DNA of 64,000 nt from Octopus sinensis (Eukaryota): NCBI RefSeq assembly GCF_006345805.1, contig NC_043013.1:46562001-46626000 (forward strand), in the 5' to 3' direction. The notes beneath the pieces were generated by a model. The model worked only from the letters and a program-made list of their open reading frames with translations, did not search any database and had not been told where the DNA came from. A program made the translations under genes and the position numbers. The first letter of the stretch is position 1. Each line of letters begins with the position of its first letter. This document shows, one piece after another, positions 37,332 to 50,330 of this stretch.

Positions 37332-37710
37332 CGCCTAAATTGGATCGAGGTCTGCAGCGATGTGGGACCATGTGTTGGTCCCGACTACTAGCAGATCTTA
37401 ACTTTTCAAATCTCTGCGCAGACGCAAAACTTACACGGCAGTATAGGGCATGCCGGGAAGAATTTTACGAATAAATCCATCATGTAATATGCGAATATAA
37501 ACAAGAAGGGTAGAAATATTATTTACTACCAGGTGCCCAGCACAAAAGACGAATTAGTCATAAGACAAAAATATTATTCATATAGAAAAATATTATTCAT
37601 GTAGTTATACAATTAAGGCTCCTAAATTAAGATGCCGAGTGCTGGGAACACAAAAAGGGGATGAATTTATCGAGAGTGAAAATCAAAAACGTTTACCGAT
37701 AACTTTAACA

Positions 37711-37784
37711 ACTCGAACCGCGGTTTCTGCTTCTTTCTAGCAAAACACGGAGTATGTTTGCTAAGGTTAGCTTCGTCAGCGAGT
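37711..37784 (-). ncRNA. Type I hammerhead ribozyme, copy 2
   Basis: Same fold as copy 1. Confidence 0.85.
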
Positions 37785-38164
37785 CGCCTAAATTGGATCG
37801 AGGTCTGCAGCGATGTGGGACCATGTGTTGGTCCCGACTACTAGCAGATCTTAACTTTTCAAATCTCTGCGCAGACGCAAAACTTACACGGCAGTATAGG
37901 GCATGCCGGGAAGAATTTTACGAATAAATCCATCATGTAATATGCGAATATAAACAAGAAGGGTAGAAATATTATTTACTACCAGGTGCCCAGCACAAAA
38001 GACGAATTAGTCATAAGACAAAAATATTATTCATATAGAAAAATATTATTCATGTAGTTATACAATTAAGGGCTCCTAAATTAAGATGCCGAGTGCTGGG
38101 AACACAAAAAGGGGATGAATTTATCGAGAGTGAAAATCAAAAACGTTTACCGATAACTTTAACA

Positions 38165-38238
38165 ACTCGAACCGCGGTTTCTGCTTCTTTCTAGCAAAAC
38201 ACGGAGTATGTTTGCTAAGGTTAGCTTCGTCAGCGAGT
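38165..38238 (-). ncRNA. Type I hammerhead ribozyme, copy 3
   Basis: Same fold as copy 1. Confidence 0.85.
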
Positions 38239-38462
38239 CGCCTAAATTGGATCGAGGTCTGCAGCGATGTGGGACCATGTGTTGGTCCCGACTACTAGCA
38301 GATCTTAACTTTTCAAATCTCTGCGCAGACGCAAAACTTACACGGCAGTATAGGGCATGCCGGGAAGAATTTTACGAATAAATCCATCATGTAATATGCG
38401 AATATAAACAAGAAGGGTAGAAATATTATTTACTACCAATTTCTACCCTTCTTGTTTATATT

Positions 38463-38495
<33 letters not shown>

Positions 38496-39480
38496 ATATA
38501 TATGTATATATATATATATGTGTGTGTGTGTGTCACTGCTTGTCAACCGGTATTGGTGCGTTAACGTCACTATAACATTAGTGGTTTGGCAATGAGAGAC
38601 CGATAGAATAAGTACCTGGCTTAAATATGTCCTCGGTCGATTTGCTCGACTAAAGCGCTTCAAGGCGGTGCTCCAGCATGGCTGCAGTTAAATAACTGAA
38701 ATGAGTAAAAGATAGAAAAAGCCACCTCTTCTTTTGGGTGATGTGCAACCGGTCTTGGCAGGTCTTCAACGGCTCTACAGGATGCTTAAAATTGTTCAGG
38801 AGCTTCTTTGCCTTTCTCGAGCGGTTCTTCTTGGCCTTGGCAGTCGGAATTTATCCCGAGCGCCTCTTGTATGAGTGGTGGCGAAAGTTCTCATTCAAGG
38901 CCAGCTTTATTAGGGCGACTCTAATACACAACTCTTTCGCCAAGATCCAGATTCCCTTGCTCTTTGAAATTGGGTTGAGGGAACTGTACAAAAACAGTAA
39001 CCCTAAGGACTGGCCTTGTGGCAAATTGTTTCATGTTGAGTTTATTTGAGAATTACCTTACGGGCATCTGTCAAATGCGGCACCAGTTACATTAATTCAA
39101 TGGGAAGATAGTTTGATCGATGTAACTACGGAATATGCATCGTCGAAATCGGCAGAGATCCATTTACTTTGTGTAGTATGAGCGTTAAGAAGGTAATAAC
39201 TACAGAGTACTTCACTTCGATTTGGCATATATCTGTCATTTGTCAACGATTCACCTGTGGTTAATTGGACGTTCTCATTAACATCGCTTCACTAAATGTC
39301 TCAGATGAGAAATTATATTCGCCTGAACTAAACTGTTCGAAACAGAATAAATATTTAAGGGAAATGACAGCAAATTCAAGCTTTCAGGCAATCTTATACG
39401 AAACTCTGCCAAAGTGAAAGGCATTCAACTCAAAAGACCTTTCTAGTTTTAAGACCTGATTGCCATAATCAGGTTGTTGT

Positions 39481-39503
39481 TGATGATGATGATGGTGATG
39501 AAT

Positions 39504-39558
<55 letters not shown>

Positions 39559-39566
39559 CGACGATG
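39481..39566. repeat. (GAT)n microsatellite
   Basis: Directly visible. Confidence 0.97.
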
Positions 39567-40097
39567 TTGCTATGTTGTTGCGTTGCTTAGCCCCAAGTCG
39601 ATACTTTTCGAAAATACCTATGTTGAAAAAGCATTCAATCCGTAACCACCACGTCGTTTTCTTTGCAGAAATCGTGCATCATCATATGAGCTCGTTTTAA
39701 GGATACGAGAATGGGATTTGAGGGAGTTATGGTTACAATAGCTAGCAAAATGAGCGAATATGTTATAGAGTCCCTCGTTGGTTCGAAAAAATTATTATTA
39801 AGCTGCCACAATCTGTTTATAAATGTATAGGGATATTAATGTTTGGTTATTCATTTCATTTATGCTTCATTAACTTGATAAATAGGCAAGGAGTCACACA
39901 TATATTTTAATAAGCATAACATCAATGGAAAGGAAAATATATTCCCCATTCATATCCTAGATTTGGCATATTTTTACGTTTACCCCGAATATATAGATCA
40001 GTGTTTCTGAAACGTTTTGTCCTGTGGCCCACTCTGATTTAAAAAAGAATAGGCGCCCGCCAACAACGAAATTAGCTTGTATATATATATATATATA

Positions 40098-40310
40098 TTT
40101 CTTTATTGCTCACAAGGGGCTAAACATAGAGGGGACAAACAAGGAAAGACAAAAGGGATTAAGTCGATTACATCGACCCCAGTGCGTAACTGGTACTTAA
40201 TTTATCGACCCCGAAAGGATGAAAGGCAAAGTCAACCTCGGCGGAATTTGAACTCAGAACGTAACGACAGACGAAATACGGCTACGCATTTCGCCCGGCG
40301 TGCTAACGAT
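40098..40310 (-). mobile_element. SINE family B
   Basis: Family consensus on the minus strand, ending in (TA)n. Confidence 0.92.
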
Positions 40311-41367
40311 TACCAATACATTTATTAAAGCTTGTCCCTCACCCTGTGATGTGGCTTTTGTCTTTTGTTTCAGTCATTAGACGGGGACCATGCTGGAGCA
40401 CTACCTTAATATGTTTAGTCGAACAAATCGACTCCGGCCTGGTTCTTATTCCGATAAGTTACGGAAAGGTAAACAAGCTAACACCGGCTGAAGGAAAATG
40501 AGAAAGTCAGTGCAGAGTTGTTAATAAGTCCAGGCCACATGTGAGACGGTAACCAGAGAAATCATATGATAGTTAGTAGTACAACGGAGATAAATGACAC
40601 CAACCCTTTCCAGGCCCTATTCCTCAATTTGTAATAACAAAAAAAAAATATGAAAGGGTTTTTTTTTTTAACTAATCCTTGTCAACTGAGTCAACTGGAC
40701 ATCTCCTTCTACATGGGCCAGAGTATTGGGGATATTAATATTTGAGTATTTAGTGAATTAGACATCGGGTTGTCCTCTCCAGTAGACACCTCTGGCATGC
40801 CAACCTCTAATTTAGCTTTGACAGAATCACTATAACATATTCATCTTCTAGGTGAAAACTCCTCAATGTTCAGCAGAACAAAACAACACGAAGAAAATCC
40901 TTAAACAGGAATAAAATAATGGTTTTATTCATTGTGGTGTGCTGCAACGTATAACAGTTTCTCAATGTTGTGTATGCGACATAGTATATAAGAATACCTT
41001 GAAATAAAAATGATACATCTTATAACCAGAGGACGGTTGTAAGAGCGATCTACATACGCTCAAAGCTTCTCATCCAAAGCTCAAATGCAAAGAAGGGGAA
41101 GATTAACTTTCGTTTTTTTTTTCAATTTATAATACGTAGAGGGGAAGTCCTTCACTTCCACGTCATCCGGAAATTCATGGAATGTTCCAGAACATTCTAC
41201 TGAAAGGTCACTCAAACTACATCTCTTTTAAATTTTTTTATTTAACTAACTTAGAGGGCGCTACAGGTATGTTGTAGAGGAGGTATATTAAAGGGTAAGA
41301 GAAAGGGCAGAAGAGGAAAGAAAACTAAATAGAAGGAAATGGCATTAAAGGGAATTTCTTTTTGCTA

Positions 41368-41682
41368 CTGGTACTCCGACAATGTTCCAATTCATCCGAT
41401 CGTTGGAATAGCCTGCTTGTGAGATTAATGTGCAAGTGGCTGAGAACTCCACAGACATTCATACCCTTAACGTAGTTCTCAGGGAGATTCAGTGAGAAGC
41501 AGAATGTGACAAGGCTGGCCCTTTGAAATACAGGTACTACTCATTTTGTGTGAACAGCTGTGTAAACAGGAACAGTAAGAAATAGAGTGTCTTGCTCAAG
41601 GACAGAACACACCACCGGGAATCGAACACACAACCATACTACCATGAGCTGAATACCCTAACCACTAAGTCATGCGCCTTCA
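41368..41682 (-). mobile_element. tRNA-derived SINE, head D plus tail 2
   Basis: Same organisation as 12708-13032. Confidence 0.85.
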
Positions 41683-41759
41683 TATATAAAAAGAGATAAA
41701 TAGCTGAGTAATAGCATGATTAAAATGCTGTGCAACTTTTCTTCTGTAAATGAAAATGA

Positions 41760-42318
41760 ACTGAATCGAATGGGCAAACACACCAAAAAGAATGATTACA
41801 ATACATAAGTTTACATCCGATGCAGAAAATAATTCGATACAAATAACCTTAAACTGCATTACAGCTGTAAAACCAAAAGGAAAAACATAACTACAAGGAA
41901 ACCAACAAATGTAAAGAGAGCGCGCTACGTATAAAGAAATACAAATACATGCCCTTCTTAATCAGACAAACAGCGTTCATGTGATAGGAATTAAACGTTA
42001 CTTGCACGAAACCAAAAGTAAGCATCGTGCACAAACATTATGTAAATGATGTGGAAGGTAAATTTTAACAACTGTAACTCAACAAGGCGTCTTCCTCCAG
42101 AAATGCAAAAGAAAAAAGAAACAACAAATTCTCCAATTATGTCGCGTATTTAGAAGATTATACGATATCAAGAAAATCCCCTTCACATGCAAAATCATAT
42201 AAACTAGTACAAATATTGCAGCTATGCATCGATGGAAAGAGTCTCGCAGACTATTTTAATGTCAGATCCGAAATCCTCACTAAATACCGTCGTTTCGATA
42301 AGTATCTTCTGATTGACT
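41760..42318 (+). pseudogene. Penelope GIY-YIG endonuclease region relic
   Basis: HPMQKI..NNLKLHYSC, CGR/EGKF, FSNYV, SHAKSYK..C.LCID, FNVRSEILTKYRRFDKYLL (cf. LNKRSELISKCRHxNKFLL). Confidence 0.68.
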
Positions 42319-43189
42319 ATACTACGACTTGAGTGAATGTGTCAACACGCATTGTCTCACTGGGAGAAATCACACTTTCATTACATCTCTCCTCGATTTT
42401 AACCAACTATGGGACATTCCTCATTTCTGCAGTCTCTGCTTTTTATACAGTCTACCTCTACCAGTATTTCACCTAGCACATAATAGTTTATGTTAAATAC
42501 CCTCAGCTTAGCCATACTTTATAAACCTTTACATCTTTTGTTTTTAAATACCTCGTGAAAAATAACTTATGGCCAGCAGTGTATGCAATAAGTGAAATCT
42601 TTTACCGTATTTTCAAACCCATTGTGATTGAGTCATTAGTCTTCTGATGATTGCCCTGCACTACTGATTATGAAGTACTGAGGCGCAACGTATTATCAAG
42701 AAATGACTATATAATTTAATATACACATGCGTACATACATGCATACATGCATACATGCACGCGTGTGTTTACTCTTCTTTGATGCAGTTCTTACAAACGC
42801 AGATTGTTCTCGAGCTACAAAAACGTGTTTGCAAATTACCTCTAGTTTCTCAAGCAGTATGACTTACAATTGCATTATTTTAACGTAATATTTAGGCGTT
42901 CTATATAATCAGTATTTAATAGAATTTCATTGAGAATTTCAATAATGTTTTTATATATATATGTAGTAACTTGTAGCCTATAGTGAAAATAATGAGAAGT
43001 AGTTAGATAAATGGAGAGATAGGAAGAAAATTACAATTAATAGTTAAATCAGCAAGATAGATAAGAAAGCAGAGGAAGAAAGAAATTAAGAAAGAATGGA
43101 AGCGAGAGAAGGAGAGGCGAAGATACTTAAAGGTCAGTCTTCTTAAACGAAACGAGAGCTGTAATTCTCTTCAACGATCGAAGGTGCTA

Positions 43190-44870
<1,681 letters not shown>

Positions 44871-45029
44871 TCTTTTAATTCCACAAGGGCAACAGATGGT
44901 GACATTAAATGGACAAATTATAAGACGTTGGACAGTTTTATGTGAAATATAATTGAAAAACAACAAATAAGAAATAAACAAAGAATAGACGAAATAGCAT
45001 GAAATAACTACATATGGATACATTCAAAA

Positions 45030-45472
45030 GTATGTATGTATCTATGTGTGTGTGTGTATGTATGTATGTATGTATGTACGTATGTATATGTGTGTATGTA
45101 CGTATGTATGTATGTATGTGTGTGTGTATATTTGTGTGTGTATGTATGTATGTATGTGTGTGTATGTATGTATGTCTGTATGTGTGTGTATGTATGTCTG
45201 TATGTGTGTGTATGTATGTGTGTATGTATGTATGTATGTATGTATGTGTGTGTATGTATGTATGTGTGTGTGTTTGTATGTATGTGTGTATTTATGTATG
45301 TATGTATGTGTGTGTGTATGTATGTATGTATCTATGTGTGTATATGTATGTATGTATGTGTGTGTGTATGTATGTATGTATATGTATGTGTGTGTGTATA
45401 TATTTATGTATGTACGTGTGTATGTATGTATATATATATCTATCTTGGTGCACGTATGTATATGCGTGTGTG
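45030..45472. repeat. (GTAT)/(GT)n compound microsatellite
   Basis: Directly visible. Confidence 0.97.
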
Positions 45473-46149
45473 CAGGGTTCATCCTAAGAAACCCCATGCA
45501 AATCAAGTGTTACCCTGACGATAAAATATAAGTACTCCCTCCCATAATTCTACTCATGTGTTCCAAACTAATATCCCTGACCCCCATCTCAATACCCCAT
45601 CCCAATACCCCGTCTCAATAACCAAAAAGTAATTCTTCTTTTATTTTTTCTTAAAGTGGAGCAGATATATATGTGAACACAGGGCATCGTCTTTTAATAC
45701 AGATGGCGTCTCTACGAAGTTTTTTTTCCTAAACAATTCTCATTTTCTACGTGACCCAGTGTATACCGATGTACTATTAGCGTATATTAGCGTATATTAG
45801 TGCATTTTTGTGTATCATTAGTGTATTATTAGTGCATATTATTGTGTTGTCATTGTGTGTATTAGTATATTAATTAATGATTAACACTTATTCGTTTTCT
45901 CCTCATTACTTAATTATTTTCAATTTGGTTTTTAAGCGTCCTTGCATTGAAGCACAAACTTCCAACAAGATGGAAAGCAACTAGCAATAGAACAGGCGTA
46001 AACCAACCGATTGTAATGGGAGTTTCCGATCCCGCCGAAAAAAAAAAAAGAAAAAAAGGCCCGGTCGAAATAAAAGGAAATAAATTATAAAGTAGTGAGA
46101 AGCGGCCCTAAAAAATCTTAAAACAATGAACTGCAGATTTTTAAACAAT

Positions 46150-46299
46150 TAAGATGGTTGCTGTGTGGTAAGATGCTTGCTTCCCAACCACGTGGTCCAG
46201 GGTTCAGTCCCACAGCGTGGCATCTTGGGCTAGTGTCTTCTACTATAGTCTCGGGATTTGGTAGACGTAATCTGAAAAAAGTCCATCGTATGTATGTGT

Positions 46300-46372
<73 letters not shown>

Positions 46373-46621
46373 TGTGTGTGTGTGTGTATTTGTGTCAGTG
46401 TTTGTCCTACCCCCAACTACCGCTTGACAACCGGTGTTAGTATGTTTATATATATATATATATACACACACATGCGGAACCCTGGCTGTGTGGTTAGGAG
46501 CTTGGTTCTCAACCACATACTTCCGGGTTCAGTCCCACTGCGCTGCACTTTTTGACAAGCGTCTTCTAGCACACCCTTGTGAGTGGATTTGGTGGACGGA
46601 AACTGAAATAAGACAGTCATG

Positions 46622-46656
<35 letters not shown>

Positions 46657-46857
46657 ATGTTTGTGTGTCTGTGTTTGTCTCCCCAACATCGCCTGACAAC
46701 CGATGCTGGTGTGTTTACTTAGCGGTTCGGCAAGAGAAACCGATAGAATAAGTACTAGGCTTACAAAGGATAGGTCCTGGGATCGATTTGCTCGACTAAT
46801 GGCGGTGCTCCAGCATGGCCGCACTCGAATGACTGAAAAGAATAAAAGAATAAAAGA

Positions 46858-46860
<3 letters not shown>
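46150..46860 (+). mobile_element. Two consecutive SINE A copies
   Basis: Heads at about 46155 and about 46482 (GCTGTGTGGT..GGTTCAGTCCCAC); complete tail to 46860. Confidence 0.88.
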
Positions 46861-46891
<31 letters not shown>

Positions 46892-47722
46892 TGATATATA
46901 GAGGGGCAAAAGAAAGAGAGGGAATATAATTATCTTATATACTTTGTTTTTACAATAATTAACTTAGTTTGTCAATTTAGACAGAGAACTAATCGAGGCT
47001 CATACAACAGTCATTTCCTAATTAGGTTTTTAATGATGCTTTCATTACATACACATCAACACTAGCTCACCTATTGTTATACAGATATCCACATTTACTA
47101 AATAATTGATATTTTCCCGATTTGGCAACGTATGCGACACACGGTATCTCGGCCTTTTCTTCTAATTGTTTTAGTCATCGGATTGCTGCCGATGCTTTGA
47201 AGGATTTTAGGCGAACACCCCCACCTCCCACCTCAACCCCCCCACACGTGTGTTTGTTTGTTTGTGTTTGTGCCCCCAGTACCGCTTCACAACCGGTGTC
47301 GGTTTCGTTACGTTCCCGTAAATTAGCGCTCCGCCGAAAGGGACCGACCGATAGGACGAGTACCATACATGAATTACAACTGCCATCGATTTGTTCGACA
47401 AAACCCTTCTCGAGGCGGTGTCCCAGCATGGCCGTAGTCCGATGACTGAAACAAGTAAAAGAACAGATAGAAATAACAAGTATCGCATACGTGGCAAAAT
47501 CGGGGAAAAAATATCAATAATTAAGAAAATCAATAGTAGGACGATTGTACGGAAAGAATTGCAAAAGAACTCAATTCAGAGACGGAAAGAAAGTTACACT
47601 GAAAGACTAGTTGCAAAAATTTGAATTTAAATTTGATGAAAAGGTTTCCATCGCCATTCCAGCAGAGGCTGATGATATCCCTATGACAATATGTCCATGT
47701 AGACGTCAATATAACTAGAGGT

Positions 47723-48090
47723 GGTAAGGTTGTGAGCTGGCAGAATCGTTAGTAGGCTGAGCAAAATGCTTAGCGGCACTTCGTCCGTCTCTGCGTTCTG
47801 AGTTCAAATCCTAACAAGGTCGACTTTGCCTTTCATCCCTTCCGGATCGATAAAATAAGCACCACTTGAGTATTGGGGTCAATGTAATCGAGGGAGAAAA
47901 GAAGGAATAAAAAATAAATAAAAAAATAAGATAGACTACACACTACGACACATTCACCCGCCAATCACTCACTCATAAAATCTTAAAGCAGTTTTACAAG
48001 AAGTAACACTAGAGGACTATCACGCATTTACAGACTCATGGTAGAGCCTCCACTCGATGTGGCTGGACTTGTGCCAAAATTTGAAGACAA
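47723..48090 (+). mobile_element. SINE B interrupted by an L1-Tx1 3' UTR fragment (about 47895-48053, minus strand)
   Basis: The insert matches 50490-50632 and the reverse complement of 21800-21945; the SINE tail GTGCCAAAATTTGAA resumes at about 48060. Confidence 0.8.
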
Positions 48091-48107
48091 TATCATCTCT
48101 GGTGACA

Positions 48108-48497
48108 AGCGGTGAGCTGGCAGAACCGGGCGAAATGCGTAGCCGTATTTCGTCTGTCGTTACGTTCTGAGTTCAAATTCCGCCGAGGTCGATTTTGCCT
48201 TTCATCCTTTCGGGGTCGATTAAATAAGTACCAGTTACGCACTGGGGTCGATATAATCGACTTAATCCGTCTGTCTGTCCTTGTTTGTCCTCTCTATTTT
48301 TAGCCCCTTGTGGGTAGTAAAGAAATAGGTATTTCGTTCGTTTTTACGTTCTGGGTTCGAATTCAGCCCCGAGGTCGAAGTTGTTTTTCATTCTTTCGGT
48401 GTCGATAAAATAAGTACCGGTTGAGCAGTGGGGTGATGTAATGGACATAACAGCCCCTCCCCCCAAATTGCTGGCTTTGTACAAAAATTTGAAACCA
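48108..48497 (+). mobile_element. SINE B dimer
   Basis: Junction AAAGAAATAGGTATTTCGT at about 48320-48338. Confidence 0.9.
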
Positions 48498-48928
48498 ATT
48501 TAACAACTGGTGACTTGATATTAATATATTTAATGAAAGCCCTATTAAAAACCTAATTAGAAAATGACCGCTGTATGAGTCTCGATTCGTTCTCTGTCTA
48601 AATTGACCGCCTAATGGAGGCGAGTGAGTTAATTACTGCAAAAACAAAGTACGCAAGATGATTATACTCTCCCCCATCTCTCCCCACCTTCTCCGGGTGC
48701 GCGCGCACACTCACACACACACATTTAATATGCTCATCATCAATAGAGAAAAAGTGTATGTTGGCTTAGAATGCTTCCGTACATTTGATGTTCATCTTAC
48801 AATGAAATGTAGGCGCTGTTCTCTCTATCGTTCCAGGAAACGGACTGTTGTTCCGACTTTCGTCTGTCTAATCAAGTGAACGGTGGCTGAGAGGCCCCGC
48901 CCCCTTAATAAGAGTATCGCCATCAGCA

Positions 48929-48991
<63 letters not shown>

Positions 48992-49218
48992 GTATATATG
49001 TATATATACATATACATATATATATATTATACACACACGCACCTTCGTTTTGGGGCCAGCTTCGTTTTGGAAGTCACCTGACCCTGTTATCTCCCCTACT
49101 ATCCCTCTAGCGTCTAACGTCTGACCTCTGACCTCTGACTTCTGCCTGAAGTCAGAACGCCATGATAGACCGTTAGCTCCTACACACATTTCTTTCTCTC
49201 CTTGTTTTTTTCTGTGTA

Positions 49219-49256
49219 TCTTTCTGTCGAAGAGCGTAGGCTCGAAACGTAAAAGA
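49219..49256 (+). ncRNA. Minimal hammerhead-like motif, variant core, in a (TA)n-flanked element (49035-49355)
   Basis: UCUUU-CUGUCGAA-GAGC(guag)GCUC-GAAA-CG-UA-AAAGA. Confidence 0.65.
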
Positions 49257-49625
49257 CGTTTTCTATTTCTATTCCTGAGCGTCATACTAATACATTTGTT
49301 TGTTTGTACTCCACCTGCCTTCGTCTTTTGTTTATTTTCGTAAAACTTCCCGTTATATATATACATATATATATATATATAACGTAAGGGGTATTAGACA
49401 TCTGAATGTGACTAGCCACTGGGGGTGGGGGGGTGTTACTGATGCTTTTAGCCCCAGGCGATCAACGTCACCAGAAGGACTTTAGACACTATCTCAGTGC
49501 CCTTGTGTTATTTGCAAAGGGAGGTCATCCTCCCTCGAAGTCCCGAGTGCTACATACGGACTATAGGGGTATTACAACGTAAGGGGTATTAGCCATCTGA
49601 ATGTGGCTAGCCACTGGGGGGGGGG

Positions 49626-49666
49626 TGCGTTGACGAGAGGCAATTACCTTGAAACTATAGTCCGTA
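49626..49666 (+). ncRNA. Minimal type I hammerhead, copy 1 (C3U core)
   Basis: UGCG-UUGACGA-GAGG(caauua)CCUU-GAAA-CUAUAG-UC-CGUA. Confidence 0.75.
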
Positions 49667-49980
49667 TGTAGTACTCGGGTCTTCGAGGGAGGATGACCTC
49701 CCTTTGCAAATAACACAAGGGCACTGAGATAGTGTCTAAAGTCCTTCTGGTGACGTTGATCGCCTGGGGCTAAAAGCATCAGTAACACCCCCCTCCCCCA
49801 GTGGCTAGCCACATTCAGATGGCTAATACCCCTTACGTTGTCGAGCGGTTACTGTTTATATCTCGTTCAGAGATTTATTATTGTTTTCAGACAGTTTTTC
49901 TACATCAGTGACAGTGGTTACTGTGAAAAACATTATATATTATTTGCAAGGGGACTCCTTCATCGAAGACCGGTGCTTAC

Positions 49981-50025
49981 CATGCGTTGACGAGAGGCAA
50001 TTACCTTGAAACTATAGTCCGTATG
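49981..50025 (+). ncRNA. Minimal type I hammerhead, copy 2 (C3U core)
   Basis: CAUGCG-UUGACGA-GAGG(caauua)CCUU-GAAA-CUAUAG-UC-CGUAUG; palindromic ACUAUAGU; GUC cleavage triplet. Confidence 0.8.
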
Positions 50026-50237
50026 TAGTACTCGGGTCTTTGAGAGAGGATGACCTCCCTTTGCAAATAACACAAGGGCACTGAGATAGTGTCTAAAGTC
50101 CTTCTGGTGACGTTGATCGCCTGGGGCTAAAAGCATCAGTAACCCCCCCCCCCCCAGTGGCTAGCCACATTCAGATGGCTAATACCCCTTACGTGTCGAG
50201 CGGTTACTGTTTATATCTCGTTCAGAGATTTATTATT

Positions 50238-50329
<92 letters not shown>

Positions 50330-50330
<1 letters not shown>

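Larger units (their letters stand above)
37137..38464 (-). mobile_element. Tandem array of about 2.9 x 454-bp hammerhead-bearing units (retrozyme or Penelope pLTR-like) with a terminal inversion
   Basis: Units start at 37137, 37591 and 38044 and are nearly identical; 26-bp inverted repeat at 38399-38424 / 38439-38464; (TA)n on both sides. Confidence 0.9.
36963..38718 (+). mobile_element. SINE A whose central (TA)n linker holds the hammerhead array
   Basis: Head 36963-37122 (GGCGTGGCTGTGTGGTAAG..CACCTTGGGCAAGT); tail 38520-38718 (GAGACCGATAGAATAAGTAC..GGTGCTCCAGCATGG). Confidence 0.9.
36570..39050 (-). pseudogene. Tc1/mariner (DD37D/maT-like) transposase relic split by a SINE A
   Basis: LAKELCI..IKLALNENFRHHSYKRR..KAKKNR..KAKKLL..KHPVEP, TQKKRWL|AY (contiguous across the SINE), DVMPPHIF..RLNSDGYI, VVKSWLERVA, QQELAPCHT, PNSLNCNPIDY..GTVEKDT. 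Confidence 0.82.
46922..48670. mobile_element. Long-TIR non-autonomous DNA element with nested SINEs
   Basis: 46922-47060 is the diverged reverse complement of about 48515-48670 (TACTTTGTTTTT.CA.TAATTAACT..GTCAATTTAGACAGAGAAC.AATCGAG.CTCATACA..GTCATTT.CTAATTAGGTTTTTAAT). Confidence 0.8.
49381..50241 (+). mobile_element. 357-bp hammerhead-bearing tandem unit (about 1.7 copies) preceded by inverted partial copies
   Basis: Direct repeats offset by 357 bp (49626 and 49983); 49381-49566 is the reverse complement of 49655-49840; second short inverted piece at 49576-49625; (TA)n on both sides. Confidence 0.9.
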
